Shown: positions 37,185 to 47,256 of the stretch, piece by piece
Position numbering within the stretch: the stretch's first letter is position 1
Layout of the letters: every line of letters begins with the position of its first letter
NCBI GenBank assembly: GCA_964347335.1
Contig: CAYFYO010000001.1
Coordinates: 2,090 to 66,089, forward strand
DNA from: an uncultured Thermodesulfobacteriota bacterium
GTDB taxonomy: Bacteria; Desulfobacterota; BSN033; WVXP01
Length of the DNA: 64,000 nucleotides
Direction: 5' to 3'
Translations under genes and position numbers: made by a program
Notes under the pieces: generated by a model
Seen by the model: only the letters and a program-made list of their open reading frames with translations
Database searches by the model: none
What the model was told of the DNA's origin: nothing

Positions 37185-37733
37185 ATGTGGCGAAAAAAGA
37201 TACTCCAGCTCATCAGCTTCCTTATGCTTTTCCTTACCGTGAGCCCTTTTGCCATCGGTGAGGAGGCCCTCTTCTCTCGAATGCGAGTTTTGAGGTACAA
37301 AAAGCGTGAGCCCGCGAAGAACATCGAGGTGGTCAACCTGGAGGGGAACCGCGTTGAACTGAGGCAGTTTCGAGGTAACGTGGTGATGCTCAATTTCTGG
37401 GCGACGTGGTGCGGCCCCTGCAAGCGAGAGATGGGTCCCATGGAAGCCCTCTATCAACGGTTCAAAGAGCTCGGCCTGGTCATTCTGGCCGTATCCCTCG
37501 ACCAGGGAGGGGCGAAAGTCGTTCAATCGTTTGTCGATAAAAAGGGCCTCACTTTCCCGATAGGGATTGACAGCTCAGGCAAAGCCAAGTCTATCTACCG
37601 TGTTACATCCCTCCCGACGACTTTTCTGATCGACCGAGATGGCCGAATCATTGGGAAGTGTGTCGGGCCAAGGGATTGGGCCAGCGAAGATGCCTTGGCC
37701 CTCGTTGAGTCATTGCTTGGTGAGCGTCATTGA
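37185..37733 (+). CDS. TlpA/ResA-like periplasmic thiol-disulfide oxidoreductase
   Basis: An N-terminal TM/signal anchor is followed by the thioredoxin fold with WATWCGPC active site. Confidence 0.8.
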   Translation: MWRKKILQLISFLMLFLTVSPFAIGEEALFSRMRVLRYKKREPAKNIEVVNLEGNRVELRQFRGNVVMLNFWATWCGPCKREMGPMEALYQRFKELGLVILAVSLDQGGAKVVQSFVDKKGLTFPIGIDSSGKAKSIYRVTSLPTTFLIDRDGRIIGKCVGPRDWASEDALALVESLLGERH

Positions 37734-38443
37734 GGCGTTTCTGACGAACTCTCGTACTTTTTCTCCCCAGCCAAGATCCTCGTGGGCAAAGAGTTCTCCT
37801 CCGGTGGGATGGGACACACGGCGTTCTCGTTGAACATACAGTTCGGGTTATAGGCCATATTGAAATCGATAATCGTCTGATATCCGGGGAGTATCTCTGC
37901 GTCGATGTACCGGCCCACTTCATAAGTCTCGTGGCCATTGGTTTCGTCTCTGAAAGGGACAAAGAGGGAATCACTCAGTATCGACTTGTAAAGCTGGAGT
38001 GTGTAGGTTTTTCCATTGAGTTTGAAAGTGAATTTCCCATATCGGATGTAACGCTTGTTTGTTCCTTTGTTGGTCGGGAAAGTGGCGTAGTAGTTGGGGT
38101 TGTGGATATTCAAATTGTAACGGTCGATCTTGCCAACAAAGAAGTACTTCAAATCGACGGGAAATACATCCAGAGCGCTGAACTCACTCCGATCCTCTTT
38201 TCTTAGGGGGGATCGCGGATGGTTTTTCAGAAACTCGTTTCTGTTTTTACGAAACCCTTTGATCCTTGCAATCTTCATTTCCGTGGATATTTCTGGGAGC
38301 TCTTCGGGCAGCGCAATCCCCGCGGGAGCCATGAAGAGGACGAAAATGAGTGCCCCTGTGCGGAGAGGGGCCTTCCATTTTTCAAAAGGACCACGGAACT
38401 TTCTTCCCAACAGACACGTTCTTCTTCTGAGACGATGTGGCAT
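37727..38443 (-). CDS. DUF1684 family protein (probable exported)
   Basis: Pattern match to the DUF1684 family (YNPNCMFN..CP region) with an N-terminal hydrophobic segment. Confidence 0.5.
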   Translation of the reverse strand: MPHRLRRRTCLLGRKFRGPFEKWKAPLRTGALIFVLFMAPAGIALPEELPEISTEMKIARIKGFRKNRNEFLKNHPRSPLRKEDRSEFSALDVFPVDLKYFFVGKIDRYNLNIHNPNYYATFPTNKGTNKRYIRYGKFTFKLNGKTYTLQLYKSILSDSLFVPFRDETNGHETYEVGRYIDAEILPGYQTIIDFNMAYNPNCMFNENAVCPIPPEENSLPTRILAGEKKYESSSETPQ

Positions 38444-38479
38444 GCTAGAAACCCTCGAATCCCTCTCCAGTGAAGCCTC

Positions 38480-39124
38480 TTAGCCTATTGTAATTCTGAC
38501 GCTCTTTGAATTGTAACACCCTTTTAGGGTCGATACCATCGCCCGAACCGTTCTCAACAGGAGTGTTTTGATGAAGGGGGTCATCGGAATTGGCCTTCCA
38601 TCGACAACGAGAGCGATATCCTCCGCTTTCTCAGACTGGAGAAAATTCTTCTCGATCAGATCCGTAACCCCCTTTCCATCATCCAGATCAAAGCAGGGGA
38701 CGGAAAGATCAAATCTCTTATTCGCAACGACAGCCACAAGTTGATCGTCTTTGCCGCAGAGGAGCTCCCGATGCTTCTCCTTTCTGAAGACCTCAATCTT
38801 TGGCTGCACATCTCTCACAAACCCCTCTGAGATCATGATATCGACGTCGTCACCAAAGCGGTCTCTGAGTTCCGCAAGCGTCTGGTCACGGTCCACACGC
38901 TTTATCAGGGCCATTTGAGTGGGAGATGAAAGGATGACCGCATCCGCCCCGGCCCTCCGGTGGCGCCAGCTGTCCTTGCCCTCTTTGTCTATCTCAAAGC
39001 CGTGAACGTCGTGTTTGATTGTGGCGACCCGATACCCCCGCCGAACGAGTTCAGGGACAATTTTCTCAATCAATGTCGTCTTGCCGCTGTCTGATTTACC
39101 GACAATGGAGACTATAGGAATCAT
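38480..39124 (-). CDS. mobB: molybdopterin-guanine dinucleotide biosynthesis adapter MobB with C-terminal extension
   Basis: The N-terminus IVSIVGKSDSGKTTLIEKIVPEL carries Walker A and ATIKH follows. Confidence 0.75.
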   Translation of the reverse strand: MIPIVSIVGKSDSGKTTLIEKIVPELVRRGYRVATIKHDVHGFEIDKEGKDSWRHRRAGADAVILSSPTQMALIKRVDRDQTLAELRDRFGDDVDIMISEGFVRDVQPKIEVFRKEKHRELLCGKDDQLVAVVANKRFDLSVPCFDLDDGKGVTDLIEKNFLQSEKAEDIALVVDGRPIPMTPFIKTLLLRTVRAMVSTLKGCYNSKSVRITIG

Positions 39125-39191
39125 CGTTGTAAACCTCTTTGAGGGATCGCTTCGACTCCAGATTTGGCTGAACGGATATTCAACGTGTGAT

Positions 39192-40439
39192 CTACAGGTC
39201 CAGGTCAATCAGCCTGACGTTGACTTCCTCACCCTTACCGACTGCGGTGCTACTCTCGGGCACCACGATGACACCGTTCGCCTGAACTGTTGGCATGAGC
39301 GAGCCTCGGTGTTGTCTGTTGATGGGAATGGCCTTAAGTCTCCCATCCCGGAGGACGACCTTGGCAAGAACGAATTTACGCAGTCCTTTCTTTGTGCGAA
39401 TCGTTCCCTCCAGTATCATCTTCATCGTCGGGCTTGACGGATCCTGACGTCCCCCTTTTCCGCTCATTTTCAACAGAGCAGGCCTGACCAACTCCTCGAA
39501 AGCCACGATACAAGCCGTTGGGCTTCCCGGAAGGCTGAAGACAGGCTTTCCCTTCAACAAACCGAAAACAAATGATTTGCCGGGGCTCATGGCGACCCCG
39601 TCCACTCGGGTTTGGATTCTCATTTGGCGATACACCTGCCGGACCCAGTCTGAGTCTCCGTGCCGCGTACCTCCAATCGTGATGATCGCGTCAGCAGCGA
39701 GACCGGATCGAATCTGTTTTCTGATATAGGCAGCTTCGTCTCCGACAACCCCGAGGGAGAACGGGGCGCAACCAGATTCTTGGAGTTTGGCGAGAAGAAA
39801 ATAGAGCGAGCTTGCAAAGATCTTTCCTGGCACGAGAGGCTCCTCGAGTCCGAGGAGTTCACTTCCGGTGGAAAGAACCGCGACTGCGGGTTGTCGGAAC
39901 ACCTCAACCTCCCGAATGCCCAGTGAGGCCAGCATTCCAATACTCCGAGGACTCAGAGTGGTACCCTTTTTTAGGACGAGGTCCCCCCTGCAAACATATT
40001 CCCCCGTAGATGCGACATTCTCCATTGGAATGATCGGTTTTTTAATTTCAATCTGGGGGGTTGGGGTTTTTGGAAAGGAGGTGTCCTCCTCCTTGACAAC
40101 TGCATCTGTCCCGGGTGGAATGGGCGCGCCGGTCATGACGCGAATCGCCATGCCGGGTCTCACACGTTGCGTGGCCACAGACCCGGCGGGGATCGTTTCG
40201 ATCACCCGAAAAAGTGAGCCTTTGGGTATGGGGACTCGTCCTTCATTTTGGCACGAGATGGCGAAACCGTCTACCGTTGCGTAGCTGAATGGAGGCAAAT
40301 CCATCGGAGCGAGGACGTCGTCAGCCAGATTGCGGTTCAATCCCTGAACAAGCGGTAAAGTTTCAGTCCCCGTAGCGCTTACGGATTCAATAATGCGATC
40401 GACAGTCTCTTCGACTGACAGTGATCTCTTTCTCTGCAT
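39192..40439 (-). CDS. moeA: molybdopterin molybdotransferase MoeA
   Basis: Four-domain MoeA layout with the GGVSMG-like region (ITIGGTRHGDSD) and an MoCF_biosynth domain. Confidence 0.85.
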   Translation of the reverse strand: MQRKRSLSVEETVDRIIESVSATGTETLPLVQGLNRNLADDVLAPMDLPPFSYATVDGFAISCQNEGRVPIPKGSLFRVIETIPAGSVATQRVRPGMAIRVMTGAPIPPGTDAVVKEEDTSFPKTPTPQIEIKKPIIPMENVASTGEYVCRGDLVLKKGTTLSPRSIGMLASLGIREVEVFRQPAVAVLSTGSELLGLEEPLVPGKIFASSLYFLLAKLQESGCAPFSLGVVGDEAAYIRKQIRSGLAADAIITIGGTRHGDSDWVRQVYRQMRIQTRVDGVAMSPGKSFVFGLLKGKPVFSLPGSPTACIVAFEELVRPALLKMSGKGGRQDPSSPTMKMILEGTIRTKKGLRKFVLAKVVLRDGRLKAIPINRQHRGSLMPTVQANGVIVVPESSTAVGKGEEVNVRLIDLDL

Positions 40440-40677
40440 GTTTCGAACGACGATCGGGAGGGTCGCTGAGAAACTCTGTTTTTCCTGACCCTATTTTAAG
40501 CAAAATCAGGCGATGAAGCAAATGGAGGAAAGAGAAAAAGAAAACCTCGGTCTTTCGGGGACCGGGGCTTTCATTTTGGCAGCCCATTGATGAGTGCCCG
40601 AGTTGTCTCAGCCGATTCTGGGCCGATGCTCGTTGATAATCGCCAGGGGCCAAGCTATAATGGGGTGGAGGCCCTCC

Positions 40678-41688
40678 ATGAAGGAAGCGAAATTCTACGA
40701 AAAACGCGAAGGAAAAGCCGTTAAGTGTCATCTCTGCTTCCACGAGTGTCTCATCAAAGATGGGCGCCGTGGCGTTTGTGGGGTTCGAGAGAATTGCGAG
40801 GGAACCCTCTTCAGCCTCGTGTACGGAAAGTCGATCTCCGAAGCCGTAGATCCCATAGAGAAGAAACCCCTTTTTCATTTCCTGCCGGGTACAACTATAT
40901 TCAGCATTGCTACGGTGGGATGCAATTTCAAGTGTCTCCACTGCCAAAACTACAGTATCTCACAGCCACCGGGCGATATGGGCGGGATTCCGGGTGAAGA
41001 CTTACCACCAGAGAGAATCGTCTCTCTGGCTCAGCAGACCGGATGTCGAAGCATCGCTTATACCTATACGGAGCCGACGATTTTCCTCGAATATGCCATG
41101 GATACGGCCAAGCTTGCTAGCCTGGGAGGCCTCAAGAACGTTTTTGTGACGAATGGATACATTACACCCGACGCCCTCCGCGCTGTGAGTCCCTATCTGG
41201 ACGGGGCGAACATCGATCTTAAATCCTTCAGCGAAGATTTCTACCGGAAGGTCTGCGGTGCCAGGCTTCAGCCTGTCCTTGAATCGATCAGGCTTTATAG
41301 GGAGCTGAATATCTGGATTGAAATCACGACGCTCGTGATTCCTCGTTATAATGATTCAGAGGAGGAGCTCCGTAAAATCGCCCGTTTCATTGCTGCTACA
41401 GATCGAAACATCCCTTGGCATGTGACACAATTCTATCCGACCCATCGCCTTCAGGATCGGCCGAGAACCCCCCTGAAAGTCCTGGAGCGAGCCAGGCAGA
41501 TTGGGATGGAGGAAGGGCTGAAATACGTCTATCAGGGGAACGTTCCAGGAGCTGGTGGTGAGAACACGTACTGTCCTGGCTGCGGCAAGCTCCTGATTGA
41601 GAGACACGGCTACACCAACCGAAGCTACGCCATTATGGGAGGGAACTGTCCGGCCTGTGGAGAAGCAATCAGTGGGGTCGGCCTGTGA
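40678..41688 (+). CDS. AmmeMemoRadiSam-system-type radical SAM enzyme
   Basis: An N-terminal Cys pair (CHLCFHEC...C) is followed by a CNFKCLHCQN radical SAM motif and a GGEP-like motif, the architecture of the TIGR04337-like family. The start has a GGAGG SD. Confidence 0.7.
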   Translation: MKEAKFYEKREGKAVKCHLCFHECLIKDGRRGVCGVRENCEGTLFSLVYGKSISEAVDPIEKKPLFHFLPGTTIFSIATVGCNFKCLHCQNYSISQPPGDMGGIPGEDLPPERIVSLAQQTGCRSIAYTYTEPTIFLEYAMDTAKLASLGGLKNVFVTNGYITPDALRAVSPYLDGANIDLKSFSEDFYRKVCGARLQPVLESIRLYRELNIWIEITTLVIPRYNDSEEELRKIARFIAATDRNIPWHVTQFYPTHRLQDRPRTPLKVLERARQIGMEEGLKYVYQGNVPGAGGENTYCPGCGKLLIERHGYTNRSYAIMGGNCPACGEAISGVGL

Positions 41689-42830
41689 CAGCCCCATTTC
41701 CCCAAGAGAATCAGGACCTCAAACAGATCATCCTCAACCGAATCCATCGAGAAGGCAAAATCCCCTTTTCAGAATTCATGGAACACTGTCTCTACCATCC
41801 TGGTCATGGCTATTATATGACCGAGGGAGAAAAGATTGGGAAGAAGGGGGACTATTACACAAGCCCGAGTGTCCATCCGGTCTTTGGCCGTCTCCTCGCG
41901 CGACAACTCGGGGAAATGGGTGACCTCTTACAAGACGGGACCTTTTGGATCGTTGAGGCGGGAGCCGGAAGGGGCATGCTGGCCAGGGATATCCTCGATT
42001 TCGTGGCCCAGGAGTTTCCAGTCTTTTTCGCACGGTTGAAGTATGGTGTCGTTGAGACCGGCCCCCGTTTCGTCAAAGAGCAGGAAGTGAGGCTGGCGCC
42101 TTACGTCGGGAAAGTGGAGTGGCTAAATCTCCAAGAGGTTCGGGAAGCCAGTCTCCAGGGTTGTTTTCTCGCCAACGAGTTTTTCGATGCCTTTCCCGTC
42201 CACCGGGTAGTGCTTCAGAATGGAGCCCTAGAGGAGATCTATGTGACCGAGGAGGATGGGAGGTTCTGTGAAGTTTTGGGAGAACTCACCTCGGAGGAGA
42301 TCCCTCGTTACCTTGATGACCTGGACATTCGGCTCGGAGAGGGGGAGCAGGCTGAGGTTAACTTGAAGGCTCTCGACTGGTATGACCAGGTCGGGAGGGT
42401 ATTGAACCGCGGGTTCCTCATGACGATTGACTATGGTTATCTGGCACAGGATCTCAATGCCTCCCAGCGGCGGTCAGGGACCCTATTATGCTATTACCGG
42501 CACACGTGCTCGGACAATCCATACGGCCACATCGGTCTCCAAGACCTGACGACCCACGTGAACTTCAGCGGTCTCATCAGAAAAGGAGAAACCCTCGGAT
42601 TCTCACTGACGGGGTTTGTCCGTCAATACCGGTTTCTTTTGTCCCTCGGTTTCCTCGATGAGATTCAGAGATTGAGAGGAAGGGCTCAATCCGGTGAAGC
42701 TGCGCTCAGAGAGAGCCTAAAGATGAAACATCTCGTCCTTCCCGATGGCGGCATGGGTGAGACCTTCAAGGTCTTGATTCAGCATAGGGGAGTCGACGAT
42801 GTCCAACTCCGTGGTCTTTGCCCGCTATGA
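41685..42830 (+). CDS. MidA/NDUFAF7-like class I SAM-dependent methyltransferase (DUF185)
   Basis: The N-terminal HPGHGYY and Rossmann motif VEAGAGRG are characteristic of the DUF185/MidA family. The gene overlaps the radical SAM gene by 4 nt. Confidence 0.7.
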   Translation: MTAPFPQENQDLKQIILNRIHREGKIPFSEFMEHCLYHPGHGYYMTEGEKIGKKGDYYTSPSVHPVFGRLLARQLGEMGDLLQDGTFWIVEAGAGRGMLARDILDFVAQEFPVFFARLKYGVVETGPRFVKEQEVRLAPYVGKVEWLNLQEVREASLQGCFLANEFFDAFPVHRVVLQNGALEEIYVTEEDGRFCEVLGELTSEEIPRYLDDLDIRLGEGEQAEVNLKALDWYDQVGRVLNRGFLMTIDYGYLAQDLNASQRRSGTLLCYYRHTCSDNPYGHIGLQDLTTHVNFSGLIRKGETLGFSLTGFVRQYRFLLSLGFLDEIQRLRGRAQSGEAALRESLKMKHLVLPDGGMGETFKVLIQHRGVDDVQLRGLCPL

Positions 42831-42931
42831 AGTTTTGCAGGTCTCTGAGAAAGGGAGCCGTTCGCTGGTCGGAAGGCTTTTCGGGGAATGCCAAGCGAAC
42901 CTCAAATGGCGTCCGGTGCGGGTGTGCTCGC

Positions 42932-44134
42932 TTATGCCTTTCCGAGTTTCTTCTTCAACTCTTCAGTCAGTTTGGGAAGGACCTGGAAGAGATCCCCGAC
43001 AATGCCGAACGTGGCGATTTTGAATATGGGGGCTTCTGGGTCTTTGTTAATTGCGACGATAATATCAGACGTCTTCATGCCGGCCTGATGTTGAATGGCT
43101 CCGCTGATCCCGCAGGCGAAATAGATTTTTGGACGGACCGTCTTGCCGGTTTGCCCCACTTGATGCTCATAGGGGATCCATCCGGAGTCTACTGCGGCCC
43201 TGGAGGCTCCAACAGCGGCTCCGATTGCATCGGCAAATTCACGAACCACCTTGAATTGGTCAGACCCTCCCAGACCTCGTCCTCCAGATACAATGATCTC
43301 CGCGTCCATCAGGTTGATTGTTTCTGCTCCCTTTACGAACTCCAATACTCTCGTGTGCACCTGTTCTTCGGTCATGTCCAAGGATTCTTTGATGATCTCG
43401 CCCTTTCTCGATTTGTCTTTTGAGGGCATGGGAAAGACTTTGGGGCGAACAGTAGCCATTTGCGGCCGATGGCGCTCGCAGAGGATCGTTGCCATAATGT
43501 TCCCGCCAAAGGCGGGTCTGGTCTGTTTCAGGAGTTTCTTCTCAGCGTCAATATCGAGGCCCGTGCAGTCAGCCGTTAACCCAGTCTCCAGGGTTGTCGC
43601 GACACACCCAGCAAAGTCACGGCCCTGCGTCGTGGCTCCGTAGAGCACCACCTCGGGCTTGTACTTCTGGATCAGGCTGACGGCCGCTGCTGCATAGGGT
43701 TCCGTTCGGTAGTCTCCCAAAATGGGACTTTCAGTGAGGTAGACTTTTTCAGCGCCATAGGCGATTGCCTCCTCGGCAAACGCCTCGGCTTGATTCCCGA
43801 TGAGCATACCACAGAGGCTGCATCCGAGGCTATCGGCGAGCTTTCTGCCCTCACCGAGGAGCTCAAAAGAGACATTGGCCGCTTTCCCTCTCTCATGCTC
43901 GATAAAAACCCAGACGTTCTTGTACTCCCGTAAGTCCACCTCGGCCTTTTTTTCTTCCTTCTCGAGGGTGATGGCATCTACGGGGCAGACGTCCTCGACA
44001 CAGGCTCCGCAAAACGTGCATTTTTCGTTCACAACGGCAACGTCATCTTCCATGGATAGGGCGTCGTAAGGGCAAACCTCGACGCAAGCACCACATCCCG
44101 TGCAACTCTCTTTGTCGATGATCAGCTTCGGCAT
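42932..44134 (-). CDS. etfA: electron transfer flavoprotein alpha subunit with N-terminal 2x[4Fe-4S] ferredoxin domain (FixB-type)
   Basis: Two CxxCxxCxxxCP motifs at the N-terminus, then EtfA FAD-binding domains. Confidence 0.85.
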   Translation of the reverse strand: MPKLIIDKESCTGCGACVEVCPYDALSMEDDVAVVNEKCTFCGACVEDVCPVDAITLEKEEKKAEVDLREYKNVWVFIEHERGKAANVSFELLGEGRKLADSLGCSLCGMLIGNQAEAFAEEAIAYGAEKVYLTESPILGDYRTEPYAAAAVSLIQKYKPEVVLYGATTQGRDFAGCVATTLETGLTADCTGLDIDAEKKLLKQTRPAFGGNIMATILCERHRPQMATVRPKVFPMPSKDKSRKGEIIKESLDMTEEQVHTRVLEFVKGAETINLMDAEIIVSGGRGLGGSDQFKVVREFADAIGAAVGASRAAVDSGWIPYEHQVGQTGKTVRPKIYFACGISGAIQHQAGMKTSDIIVAINKDPEAPIFKIATFGIVGDLFQVLPKLTEELKKKLGKA

Positions 44135-44333
44135 CTTACTCTTCCTCCCGCCATGGCAGCTTCCAGCATTGAGCTTTCAGCGCTTAGTTCGTCTATGCGT
44201 GACTCCAATATGGGTTTTCCCTGAAAAACCCTCATCATTGAATAACATCGTGAATCCTCATCCTCAATACCCGAGCCCAGCCTATCACTTGTTTCATCGA
44301 TTCGGCTGCCCCCTGATTCCTAATCGCTGAATG

Positions 44334-45128
44334 CTATTTAATCACTTTGGCCTCAAGCAATTTGTCAACCAATTGAGAAACCACCTCAGGAATTTCTCCT
44401 TCGAGGATCTCCCCTCCTCCCCTCTGCTCTGGAGTGAACACCCGCATCACCCAGGTCGGGGATCCGTCAAAACCCACTTTTTTTGAATTGACATTCAGAT
44501 CGGTAGCCGTCCAGGTTGGGACCTCAGCCTTGGAGGCCTTCTTTATTCCCAGCAGGGAGGGAAGCCTCGGCTCATTGATGTCCTTCATCACCGTTATCAG
44601 TGCGGGAAGAGAGCACTCAACAATCTCCTTCCCGTCTTCAAGCATCCTTTCGACGGTGATTCTCTTTTTTTCTGGGTCTACCTCTCTCACCTTGGACACG
44701 TAAGTCAGTTGAGGAATTCTCAGTCGCGTGGCTATTCCGGGGCCGACTTGGGCGGTATCGCCATCGATGGCCTGCTTCCCACAGATCACCAGATCCACGT
44801 CACCGATTTTTTCAATAGCCTTGGCGAGCGTATAGGCTGTGGCCAGCGTATCAGCACCAGCGAAGGCCTTATCAGAGAGGAGATATGTCTGATCAGCTCC
44901 CATGGCCAATGCATTCCGGAGAACTTCAATGGCCTGGGGAGGCCCCATGCTAATCACGTGGACTTCTCCACCGTATTTTTCCCGAGTGAGGAGGCCTTCC
45001 TCTACGGCAAACTCATCAAAGGGGTTGGTAACGCTCTCCACGCCCTCTCGAATCAGTGTCCCAGTGTCCGGGTTGATCTTCACATCGGTGGTATCTGGGA
45101 CCTGCTTTATGCACACCACGATCTTCAC
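44334..45128 (-). CDS. etfB: electron transfer flavoprotein beta subunit (FixA/EtfB)
   Basis: MKIVVCIKQVPD N-terminus typical of EtfB. Confidence 0.85.
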   Translation of the reverse strand: MKIVVCIKQVPDTTDVKINPDTGTLIREGVESVTNPFDEFAVEEGLLTREKYGGEVHVISMGPPQAIEVLRNALAMGADQTYLLSDKAFAGADTLATAYTLAKAIEKIGDVDLVICGKQAIDGDTAQVGPGIATRLRIPQLTYVSKVREVDPEKKRITVERMLEDGKEIVECSLPALITVMKDINEPRLPSLLGIKKASKAEVPTWTATDLNVNSKKVGFDGSPTWVMRVFTPEQRGGGEILEGEIPEVVSQLVDKLLEAKVIK

Positions 45129-45179
45129 GTTCTTCTCCCTTTTCCGGTGTTACCTGGGAGATGTCTGGTCTCCGCGTGG

Positions 45180-45968
45180 TTACTTCCCCTTGAACTGGGG
45201 CGTGCGTTTTTCCATGAAGGACGTCATTCCCTCTTTTTGATCCCCTGTAGCAAAGCATGCGCCAAAAGCAACGGCCTCCATGTGGCACCCCTCCCTGAGT
45301 GCCACATCGTACCCCTTATCGACTGTCGTTTTTGCCAGCTGCACGGCGATCGGTCCGTTAGAGGCGATCTTTTTGGCCACCTTCCGTGTCTCGGCCATGA
45401 GGGACTCTGCCGTGAAGACTCGGTTGACGATCCCGGAGTCCTTCGCCTCCTGAGCCGAAATCATCGCTCCAGTAAATATCAACTCTTTCGCTCTTCCTTT
45501 GCCAATTAACCGAGGAAGCCTCTGCGTTCCTCCGAATCCTGGGAAGACTCCCAGAGTCACCTCCGGTAAACCAAACTTCGCATTTTCCGAAGCGAAGATG
45601 AAGTCACACGCGAGCGCGACCTCAGTCCCTCCTCCTAGGGCAAAGCCGTTTACCGCAGCGATGACGACCTTCTTGAGCCCCTCGATGTGATCGAGCGTCG
45701 TGTGGCCGAGTTTTGAAAACCGAATTGCCTCTAAGGAATCCATGTCCTTCATCTCCGAGATGTCAGCCCCGGCGACAAAAGACCGATCTCCAGCCCCCGT
45801 TAAAACGATGACCTGAACCTCTGGATTCTCCTCCAATTCGGCAAGGGCCGCCTGAAGTTCGAAAAGGGTCGCCTTGTTGAGGGCGTTGAGCGCCTTCGGT
45901 CGGTTAATCGTGACTGTCCCAATTCCGTCGGCAATGTCGAGCAAAAGGTTCTGGTAGGTCATGTCCAT
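45180..45968 (-). CDS. enoyl-CoA hydratase (crotonase family)
   Basis: Crotonase fold with catalytic Glu pair (ALGGGTEVALACD...PEVTLG). Confidence 0.85.
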   Translation of the reverse strand: MDMTYQNLLLDIADGIGTVTINRPKALNALNKATLFELQAALAELEENPEVQVIVLTGAGDRSFVAGADISEMKDMDSLEAIRFSKLGHTTLDHIEGLKKVVIAAVNGFALGGGTEVALACDFIFASENAKFGLPEVTLGVFPGFGGTQRLPRLIGKGRAKELIFTGAMISAQEAKDSGIVNRVFTAESLMAETRKVAKKIASNGPIAVQLAKTTVDKGYDVALREGCHMEAVAFGACFATGDQKEGMTSFMEKRTPQFKGK

Positions 45969-45972
45969 CCCC

Positions 45973-47256
45973 CTAAAGGGCTTCTATCAACATGGCCATG
46001 CCCTGTCCCCCTCCTATACACAGGGCGGCCAGGCCCAAGTTGACATTCCGCCTCTTCATTTCGAATAGGAGACTCACAACGATCCTCGCCCCGGTACATC
46101 CGATTGGGTGACCGATAGAAATACCGCTTCCATTGACATTGGTCCGATCCAAATCCAAATCGAGGTCTCTGATGCAAGCGATGGCCTGGGAAGCAAACGC
46201 CTCATTCAGTTCGATGAGGCCAATGTCGTCCAGGGTAGCCCCCGTCTTCTGAAGAGCGCGCTTTGTTGCAGGAATCGGACCCAATCCCATATAGGCGGGA
46301 TCGATTGCACCAGAAGCATATGAACGGATTCTGGCCAAAGGCCGGAGATTCAGGGCTTTTGCTTTCTCCATTGACATGACTACGAGGGCCGCTGCTGCAT
46401 CGTTTATGCCAGAGGCATTTCCCGCTGTCACGGTGCCGTCTTTTTTGAACACAGTCGGTAACCGCGCCATTTTCTCCAAACTCGTATCCATGGGTCTTTC
46501 ATCCGTGTCAAAAACCACGGGATCTCCCTTCCTCTGAGGAATAGAGAGGGGAGCGATCTCTTCCTCGAATTTCCCCGCCTTGATGGCTGCTCTCGCACGC
46601 TGGTGGCTCATGAGGCCCAATTCATCCTGCTCCCTGCGCGAGATTTTATAGAGTTCAGCAATATTCTCCGCCGTTAGGCCCATGTGGTAGCCGTAAAAGA
46701 TTTCCCACAACCCATCATGGACCATGAGGTCGACCATTTCGGCGTTGAACATCCGAGCTCCCCACCGAGCGGAGGGGAATGAATAAGGCGTCATGCTCAT
46801 GTTTTCCATGCCCCCGGCGATGACGACTTCCGCCGCTCCTGTCACGATGGCCTGATGCGCTAGGGTAAGGGCCTTTAACCCCGAAGCGCAGACCTTGTTG
46901 ACTGTGAAAGCATTCGTCTCCTTCGGAATGCCGGCATAGACCATGGCCTGTCTTGCAGTGTTCTGACCCTGGCCTCCCTGAAGCACGTGGCCCATGATGA
47001 CTTCATCCACGTGAATCTCCGTGAGAGCGTCGTCCCAGCTCGAGCATTCCCTTTCCAGTTCGGTCAGCCCACGATCTCTCAGGGGACGAGGCGCGTATTC
47101 CAGCACGGTGTCTGCAACCCTCGGCCTGAGGCCTGCCCGTGTAAGCGCTTCTCGAATCGCATGGGCGCCTAATCTGATGACCGGAATTTCCTTGAGTAAG
47201 CCGCCGAAGCTTCCGACAGCCGTTCGGACGGCGCTTACGATCACGGATTTTGGCAT
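45973..47256 (-). CDS. acetyl-CoA C-acetyltransferase (thiolase II) carrying a ~30-aa insertion
   Basis: Thiolase motifs NKVCASGLKA (active Cys), GNASGINDAAAA and CIGGGQGMA are present. There is an extra segment RVADTVLEYAPRPLRDRGLTELERECSSWDDALT between the N-terminal helix and VDEVIMG. Confidence 0.85.
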   Translation of the reverse strand: MPKSVIVSAVRTAVGSFGGLLKEIPVIRLGAHAIREALTRAGLRPRVADTVLEYAPRPLRDRGLTELERECSSWDDALTEIHVDEVIMGHVLQGGQGQNTARQAMVYAGIPKETNAFTVNKVCASGLKALTLAHQAIVTGAAEVVIAGGMENMSMTPYSFPSARWGARMFNAEMVDLMVHDGLWEIFYGYHMGLTAENIAELYKISRREQDELGLMSHQRARAAIKAGKFEEEIAPLSIPQRKGDPVVFDTDERPMDTSLEKMARLPTVFKKDGTVTAGNASGINDAAAALVVMSMEKAKALNLRPLARIRSYASGAIDPAYMGLGPIPATKRALQKTGATLDDIGLIELNEAFASQAIACIRDLDLDLDRTNVNGSGISIGHPIGCTGARIVVSLLFEMKRRNVNLGLAALCIGGGQGMAMLIEAL

